A stretch of 64,000 bases of DNA from Pyrinomonadaceae bacterium. Its GTDB lineage: Bacteria; Acidobacteriota; Blastocatellia; Pyrinomonadales; Pyrinomonadaceae. A model generated the notes under the pieces. The model saw only the letters and a program-made list of their open reading frames with translations. It was not told the origin of the DNA and did no database searches. Of this stretch, positions 59,218 to 64,000 are shown piece by piece. Within the stretch, counting starts at the first letter, position 1. Every line of letters begins with the position of its first letter. Position numbers and translations under genes: made by a program. Where the stretch lies: contig DASTQB010000206.1 in NCBI GenBank assembly GCA_035761985.1, positions 14,343 through 78,342 on the forward strand. Direction: 5' to 3'.

Positions 59218-59292
59218 GACCAATAGGACTAATAGGACTAATAGGACCTATTCATACGTCCTATTCGTCCTATACGACCTATTGGTCCTATT
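59213..59292. repeat. Family A 9-bp-periodic repeat array folding as an ~80-nt imperfect hairpin
   Basis: aataggacc aataggact aataggact aataggacc tattcatac gtcctattc gtcctatac gacctattg gtcctatt. Outer 15 bp aataggaccaatagg / cctattggtcctatt are perfectly complementary. Four in-frame TAGs from 59215. Confidence 0.85.
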
Positions 59293-59307
59293 CGAAAGCA
59301 AAGGATC

Positions 59308-61758
59308 ATGGACAATCTAATCAAAGACATTCGTTATGCGATCCGAGGTTTGATCAAGCGGCCGGGGTTTGTGGCGATCGCGGTGATCACGCTTGCGCTT
59401 GGAATCGGCGCCAATACCGCGATCTTCAGCCTCGTGAACACTGTGCTGCTGCGATCCCTTCCGGTCGAGAAGCCCGGCGAGATCGTCTCCGTCTCCGTAC
59501 GCGGCAAGAACGACTCGATGTCCGCGTTCTCCTATCTAAACTACAAAGACTTCCGCGATCGCAACGACGTCCTCTCCGGCTTACTCGCCTATCGCTTTGT
59601 CCCTCTGAGCCTGAGCCGCGGCGGCTCGAACGAACGCGTCTGGGGCTATGAAGTCTCCGGCAATTACTTCGACGTCCTTGGCGTGAAAGCCATTCACGGC
59701 CGCACGTTCCTTCCTGAAGAAGACAAAACACCACTCACGCATCCCGTCGTCGTGCTCGGTTACGACGGATGGCAGCGACGCTTCGGCGGCAATCCGGGCA
59801 TCGTCGGCAAAGATGTGCTGCTCAACAATCACCAGTTTCGCGTGATCGGAATCGCGCCGGAAGGTTTCAAAGGCACCGAGTACGTCTATTCGCCCGAGCT
59901 CTGGATGCCCGCGGCGATGATGGGATGGGCCGAACCGGGCGCGTCGTGGCTCGACGATCGTCACTCTAAAAACTTCTTCGGCGTCGGTCGACTCAAGCCA
60001 GGTGTAGATGCACGACAGGCCGAAGCCTCGCTCAACCTGCTGGCCCTGCAACTCGGGAAAGAATATCCGGATTCGAACGAAGGACAGTCGATCAAAGTTG
60101 GACCACCGGGATTCATAATCCCCGAGCTTCGTAACGGCGTCGTGAGTTTTACGTGGGTTTTGATGGCGGCTGTTGCACTCGTCCTGCTCGTGACGTGTAC
60201 CAACCTCGCCGGCCTGATGCTCGCGCGTGCAACCGATCGACGGAAAGAGATCGCGATTCGACTCGCGATGGGCGCTAATCGTCTGCGACTGATCCGGCAG
60301 CTTCTCACCGAAAGCATCCTGCTCTCATTTGCCGGCGGCGCCGCGGGCGTGTTGCTTGCGCTCTGGATGTTGAAAGTTCTCCTCGCATTCAAACCGCCAA
60401 TCGATTTTCCGCTCGCACTCGACGTGAACGTCGACTGGCGTGTCCTTGTGTTTTCACTTGCAGTGTCGTTAGTCGCAGGCGCAGTCTTCGGAATCGCGCC
60501 TGCCTTACAAGCCACACGCACAAACCTCGTCCGTACTTTAAAGGACACGGCCGCGCAGGGCGGCGCGGCGCGCACGCGTTTGCGAAGCGTTCTCGTGGTG
60601 GCGCAAATCGCGATTTCACTCGTGGTCCTGATCGCCGCCGGTCTCGTCGTTCGCACACTCCAGCAACTGCAAACAATGAACCCCGGGTTCAATCCGCAGA
60701 ACGCAATCAAGATGTCGTTCGATCTCGGATTGCAGGGTTACGACGAAGCGCGTGGACACCAGTTTCACCGGCAGTTGATCGATCGTGTGCAGTCGCTGCC
60801 CGGTGTTGAGTCGGCCGCGGTCACGAGCTACGTCCCGCTCACTATCGAGTACAACAGTCGCAACGTTTTTGTTGAAGGCAAGCCCGCCGAGCGCGGCGAG
60901 AACGTGCCGATCGTGATGAACGGCGCCGCCGGCGCAGGTTACTTCAAGACTATGGGCACGCCGGTGGTCCACGGACGCGAGTTCACCGATCAGGATCAGG
61001 AAAAATCCGAACAAGTGGCGGTCGTGAACGAGACTTTCGTCCGCCGCTTGATGCCTGAGCTGCCATCGAGTGCTGAAGCCGTCGGAAAGCGTTTCAGTTT
61101 TTCAGCAGCCGGTGGTCCATTCCGCCGGATCGTGGGAGTCGCTGGAGACGGCAAATACTTCAACATCGCCGAAGATCCACGGGCGTTCGTCTGGACACCG
61201 ATGGCACAGGACTACTGGTCGAACAGCATGCTCGTGGTTCGGACGAAGGGCAACCCGGACGCGTTGATTGGTCCGGTTCGTGCGCAGGTGCACTCGCTCG
61301 ACCCGACCCTGCCTCTATTCGATGTGGAAACGCTCACCGAGCATATGAAACTCGCGTTGTTTCCCGCGAAAGTCGCGGCGACGGTGCTGGGCGTTTTCGG
61401 ATTCGTAGCTCTGATGCTTGCTGCGATCGGCGTCTACGGCATCACGTCGTACGCAGTTGCGCAGCGCACGCACGAGATTGGCGTGCGGCTCGCACTCGGT
61501 GCGCAGTTGGGTGACGTGCTCAAGCTGGTCCTCCGTCATGGATTGATGTTGACGATCATCGGCGCGGCGATCGGATTGTTGGGTGCTTATGTCGCGACGC
61601 GCGCGATCACGAGTGTGCTTTACGGCGTGAGCGCAACGGATCCGCTGACGTTTGGTTTTGTGTCGCTGTTGCTGATCGGAGTGGCGCTGATTGCGTGCTA
61701 CGTGCCGGCCCGACGCGCGACAAAGGTCGAGCCGCTCATTGCTTTGCGGAATGAGTAA
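59308..61758 (+). CDS. ADOP-type duplicated permease, paralog 16
   Basis: 816 aa. [41 protein letters not shown]; [44 protein letters not shown]; GVYGITSYAVAQRTHEIGVRLALGA; C-term ARRATKVEPLIALRNE. Confidence 0.9.
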   Translation: MDNLIKDIRYAIRGLIKRPGFVAIAVITLALGIGANTAIFSLVNTVLLRSLPVEKPGEIVSVSVRGKNDSMSAFSYLNYKDFRDRNDVLSGLLAYRFVPLSLSRGGSNERVWGYEVSGNYFDVLGVKAIHGRTFLPEEDKTPLTHPVVVLGYDGWQRRFGGNPGIVGKDVLLNNHQFRVIGIAPEGFKGTEYVYSPELWMPAAMMGWAEPGASWLDDRHSKNFFGVGRLKPGVDARQAEASLNLLALQLGKEYPDSNEGQSIKVGPPGFIIPELRNGVVSFTWVLMAAVALVLLVTCTNLAGLMLARATDRRKEIAIRLAMGANRLRLIRQLLTESILLSFAGGAAGVLLALWMLKVLLAFKPPIDFPLALDVNVDWRVLVFSLAVSLVAGAVFGIAPALQATRTNLVRTLKDTAAQGGAARTRLRSVLVVAQIAISLVVLIAAGLVVRTLQQLQTMNPGFNPQNAIKMSFDLGLQGYDEARGHQFHRQLIDRVQSLPGVESAAVTSYVPLTIEYNSRNVFVEGKPAERGENVPIVMNGAAGAGYFKTMGTPVVHGREFTDQDQEKSEQVAVVNETFVRRLMPELPSSAEAVGKRFSFSAAGGPFRRIVGVAGDGKYFNIAEDPRAFVWTPMAQDYWSNSMLVVRTKGNPDALIGPVRAQVHSLDPTLPLFDVETLTEHMKLALFPAKVAATVLGVFGFVALMLAAIGVYGITSYAVAQRTHEIGVRLALGAQLGDVLKLVLRHGLMLTIIGAAIGLLGAYVATRAITSVLYGVSATDPLTFGFVSLLLIGVALIACYVPARRATKVEPLIALRNE

Positions 61759-61759
61759 T

Positions 61760-61775
61760 CGCGGAGAACACGGAT
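61760..61775. repeat. Family B repeat remnant (two units) forming the whole 18-bp spacer
   Basis: cgcggag aacacggat, followed by cATG at 61777. Confidence 0.55.
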
Positions 61776-61776
61776 C

Positions 61777-64000
61777 ATGGAACAACTGATCAAAGATATA
61801 CGATTCGGCGCGAGAAGTTTTCTCAAGCGGCCAGGGTTTCTATTCATCGCGATTGCGACACTCGCGATCGGTATCGGTGGCACCACCGCCATGTTTACCG
61901 TCGTCAACTCGGTGTTGCTGCGGCCGCTGCCGTTTCCTGAGCCTGAACGGATCGCCCGTCTTGAATCTGTTAATCCGAAACTCGGTATTACTCAGAGCAA
62001 CTCGTCCTGGCCCGACATCACTGACTGGCAGCAACAGAGCCAGTCGTTTGAGCAGATCGCGGCGTTTAGTTCGGGTGGAGCTTTTATCAGCACCGGCGAA
62101 GAAACTGAACGCGTGCGAGCGGCTGGCGTAACGGTTGAGTTCTTTCCACTCCTGCGCACCAATCCTGTTGATGGCCGCACGTTTCTACCGGACGACATGC
62201 ACGAGAATAGCGCGTCGGTCGTTGTGATCAGCCATGCACTCTGGCAGCGACGTTTTGGCGGAACCACGGATGTGGTCAACAGCAAGATACTCGTGGGTGG
62301 CCAGAGCTCCACGATCGTCGGCGTGATGCCCGCAGGGTTTAATTATCCTGCCGAGTCGGAATTGTGGGCGCCGATGGTCCTGAACGCTGCGAGTGAACCC
62401 CGCGATAATCGGTTCCTGTCGGTGGTGGCTCGATTGAAGCCAAACGTTTCGATGTCGCAGGCGCAAGCCGACCTCGACACTATCAATCAGCGTCTGGCCC
62501 AAAACTATGTAGACACAAACAGCGGCTGGGGCGTGCGTGTGAGCGAGTTGCGTGAGCGCCTGGTCCGAAACCTGCGCCCCTCTTTGCTGATCCTGCTGGG
62601 TGCGGTCGGCCTCGTGCTACTGATCGCATGTGCAAACGTCGCCAACCTGCTGCTGGCGCGTGCAGCGTCAAGGCAGAAGGAGATCGCGGTGCGCACCGCG
62701 CTCGGTGCAAGCCGCTTCCGTGTCATTCGCCAGTTGCTGACTGAAAGCGTTCTGCTTTCCGTGGTTAGTGGATTGTTGGCGTTCGCCTTGAGTGTCTGGT
62801 TGATCAAATTGCTGGTCGCGCTCACTCCGCCGAATACACCACGCATGGACGAGATCGGGATCGATATGCGAGTGTTTGCGTTCACTCTCACGGTGACGAT
62901 CCTCGCCGGCATCCTGTTTGGACTTTTCCCTGCGCTGCAAATTTCGCGGCCCAACCTCAACGAGATGCTCAAAGACACGGGTCGTCGCGGCTCTGACAGC
63001 GGTCGCCGCAATCGCGTCGGAGGCCTGCTCATAGTTTCGGAGATTGCGCTCTCGTTCGTTCTGCTTGCAGGCGCGGGCCTGTTGATAAAAAGCTTTATTC
63101 GGCTCCAGGAAATCGATCCGGGATTCAATGCAGACAATGTTCTCGTGATGCGCCTGGGTCTGACGCCCGGCAAGTATCAGCCGGGAGAGCCGCGTGCACA
63201 GATTTACAAGCAAATGATCGATCGCGTGAAAGCGACTCCGGGTGTGCAATCCGCCGGTGCGATACTCAGCCTGCCACTCGGAGGCGATGCGTTCAACGTG
63301 TGGCGCGGAGTTATTCCCGAGGGCCGTCCGGCATCACTCGACGAACAGAAGAACGCACAACACCTGCCTGTTACGCCCGACTATTTTCAGACACTTCAAA
63401 TTCCCCTGAGAGCAGGCAGGACGTTCACCGATCGCGACGATATCAACTCGACGAAAGTCGTGATCGTGAATGAAAAGTTGGCCCATCAACTGTGGCCCGG
63501 CGAGAACCCGGTCGGCAAACGGTTCAGCGTCTGGCGCGACGAAAAGTTTTCACGTGAAGTGGTCGGTGTCGTGGGCAATACGAGGGGCAGCGGGCTCGAT
63601 ACTGAAGCGGGAGAGCAGATGTACATTCCGTACGCGCAGGATCCCACGTGGAGCGCCATGTCGCTGGTGGTGCGCACGGCGGGAGAACCCGGCGCGATGA
63701 CCACGTCGGTCCGCGAATCGATTCGAGCAGTAGATAAAGGTATACCCACGTATAACCTGAGGACGATGCGCGACGTGGTCTCCGATTCAACGGCTACGCG
63801 GCGCACGCCGATGTTGCTGCTAACCGTTTTTGCGGGAGTCGCGATGTTGCTCGCGATGCTGGGCATCTATGGCGTCACGTCTTACTACGTCACGCAGCGC
63901 ACGCACGAGATCGGTGTACGCATGGCGCTGGGCGCGCAGGTCGTCGATGTGCTGAAGCTGATCATGACGCGCGGGATGCTGCTTGCCGTTGTCGGGATCG
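61777..64000 (+). CDS. ADOP-type duplicated permease, paralog 17; 3' end outside the window. Not in the supplied ORF track because no stop is reached.
   Basis: Manual translation from ATG 61777 gives MEQLIKDIRFGARSFLKRPGFLFIAIATLAIGIGGTTAMFT..., [44 protein letters not shown] (about 62600-62740) and ...YYVTQRTHEIGVRMALGAQVVDVLKLIMTRGMLLAVVGI at the window edge. No stop codon was seen in the stretches translated by hand (61777 to about 62750 and the final ~120 nt); the interior was not checked codon by codon. Confidence 0.88.
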   Translation, partial: MEQLIKDIRFGARSFLKRPGFLFIAIATLAIGIGGTTAMFTVVNSVLLRPLPFPEPERIARLESVNPKLGITQSNSSWPDITDWQQQSQSFEQIAAFSSGGAFISTGEETERVRAAGVTVEFFPLLRTNPVDGRTFLPDDMHENSASVVVISHALWQRRFGGTTDVVNSKILVGGQSSTIVGVMPAGFNYPAESELWAPMVLNAASEPRDNRFLSVVARLKPNVSMSQAQADLDTINQRLAQNYVDTNSGWGVRVSELRERLVRNLRPSLLILLGAVGLVLLIACANVANLLLARAASRQKEIAVRTALGASRFRVIRQLLTESVLLSVVSGLLAFALSVWLIKLLVALTPPNTPRMDEIGIDMRVFAFTLTVTILAGILFGLFPALQISRPNLNEMLKDTGRRGSDSGRRNRVGGLLIVSEIALSFVLLAGAGLLIKSFIRLQEIDPGFNADNVLVMRLGLTPGKYQPGEPRAQIYKQMIDRVKATPGVQSAGAILSLPLGGDAFNVWRGVIPEGRPASLDEQKNAQHLPVTPDYFQTLQIPLRAGRTFTDRDDINSTKVVIVNEKLAHQLWPGENPVGKRFSVWRDEKFSREVVGVVGNTRGSGLDTEAGEQMYIPYAQDPTWSAMSLVVRTAGEPGAMTTSVRESIRAVDKGIPTYNLRTMRDVVSDSTATRRTPMLLLTVFAGVAMLLAMLGIYGVTSYYVTQRTHEIGVRMALGAQVVDVLKLIMTRGMLLAVVGI

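Noticed and set aside
59213-59292. Family A/B hairpins as ordinary Rho-independent terminators
   Set aside because: None is followed by a T/U-tract (contrast 5229-5256). The stems are AT-rich and imperfect, and several sit only a few nt from the next start codon.
20337-64000. The permease array as an assembly artefact or very recent tandem amplification
   Set aside because: Neighbouring copies differ extensively in length (801-866 aa) and in periplasmic-domain sequence. Near-identity is limited to blocks of about 18-45 nt. Read-level validation is still advisable.
1-64000. Genomic-island or mobile-element origin of the locus (integrase, transposase, tRNA target, phage genes)
   Set aside because: No such genes or tRNA were recognised on either strand. 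The only mobile-looking sequences are non-autonomous repeats.

Overview
The window is 64 kb, moderately GC-rich by eye, and all but two genes are on the + strand. The gene content (ADOP-type permeases, an Asp-box/sortilin-like secreted protein, a Ser/Thr kinase, a REC-PP2C regulator) suggests an Acidobacteriota-like chromosome. That assignment is an inference and was not verified.

Bases 1-15.7 kb hold ordinary regulatory, housekeeping and secreted-protein genes:
- the tail of a sensor kinase, then a REC-HK-REC hybrid kinase
- an Rrf2 regulator directly upstream of rpoD
- trxA with a clean intrinsic terminator, then ubiX and a dienelactone hydrolase
- a 1117-aa Asp-box protein and a metzincin-motif protease
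- a membrane-anchored Ser/Thr kinase
- a minus-strand arsR-AHSA1 pair with a perfect operator palindrome

Bases 16.0-20.1 kb encode a MacA/HlyD-type adaptor, two separate MacB/LolD-type ABC ATPase genes that overlap by 4 bp, and a REC-PP2C phosphatase.

Bases 20.3-64.0 kb hold seventeen co-directional, intact paralogs of about 800-866 aa from the ADOP family (Acidobacterial Duplicated Orphan Permease; MacB/FtsX-like and internally duplicated). The last one runs off the window. The only interruption is a 354-aa secreted protein with 'SSDYE' repeats.

Every spacer in the array is occupied by repeats, nearly all of them hairpin-forming:
- a 9-bp-periodic ATAGGNCNN family that usually begins on the upstream TAG stop codon
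- a CACGGAT/CGCGGAT/CACAGAT family
- one 199-bp MITE-like element with perfect 48-bp terminal inverted repeats
- one 135-bp element with 29-bp inverted repeats

The most interesting hypothesis is that the adaptor plus the two ATPases form a shared engine for a library of interchangeable duplicated permeases. No rRNA, tRNA, CRISPR, transposase or integrase was recognised. All similarity statements rest on by-eye motif recognition; no searches or alignments were run.
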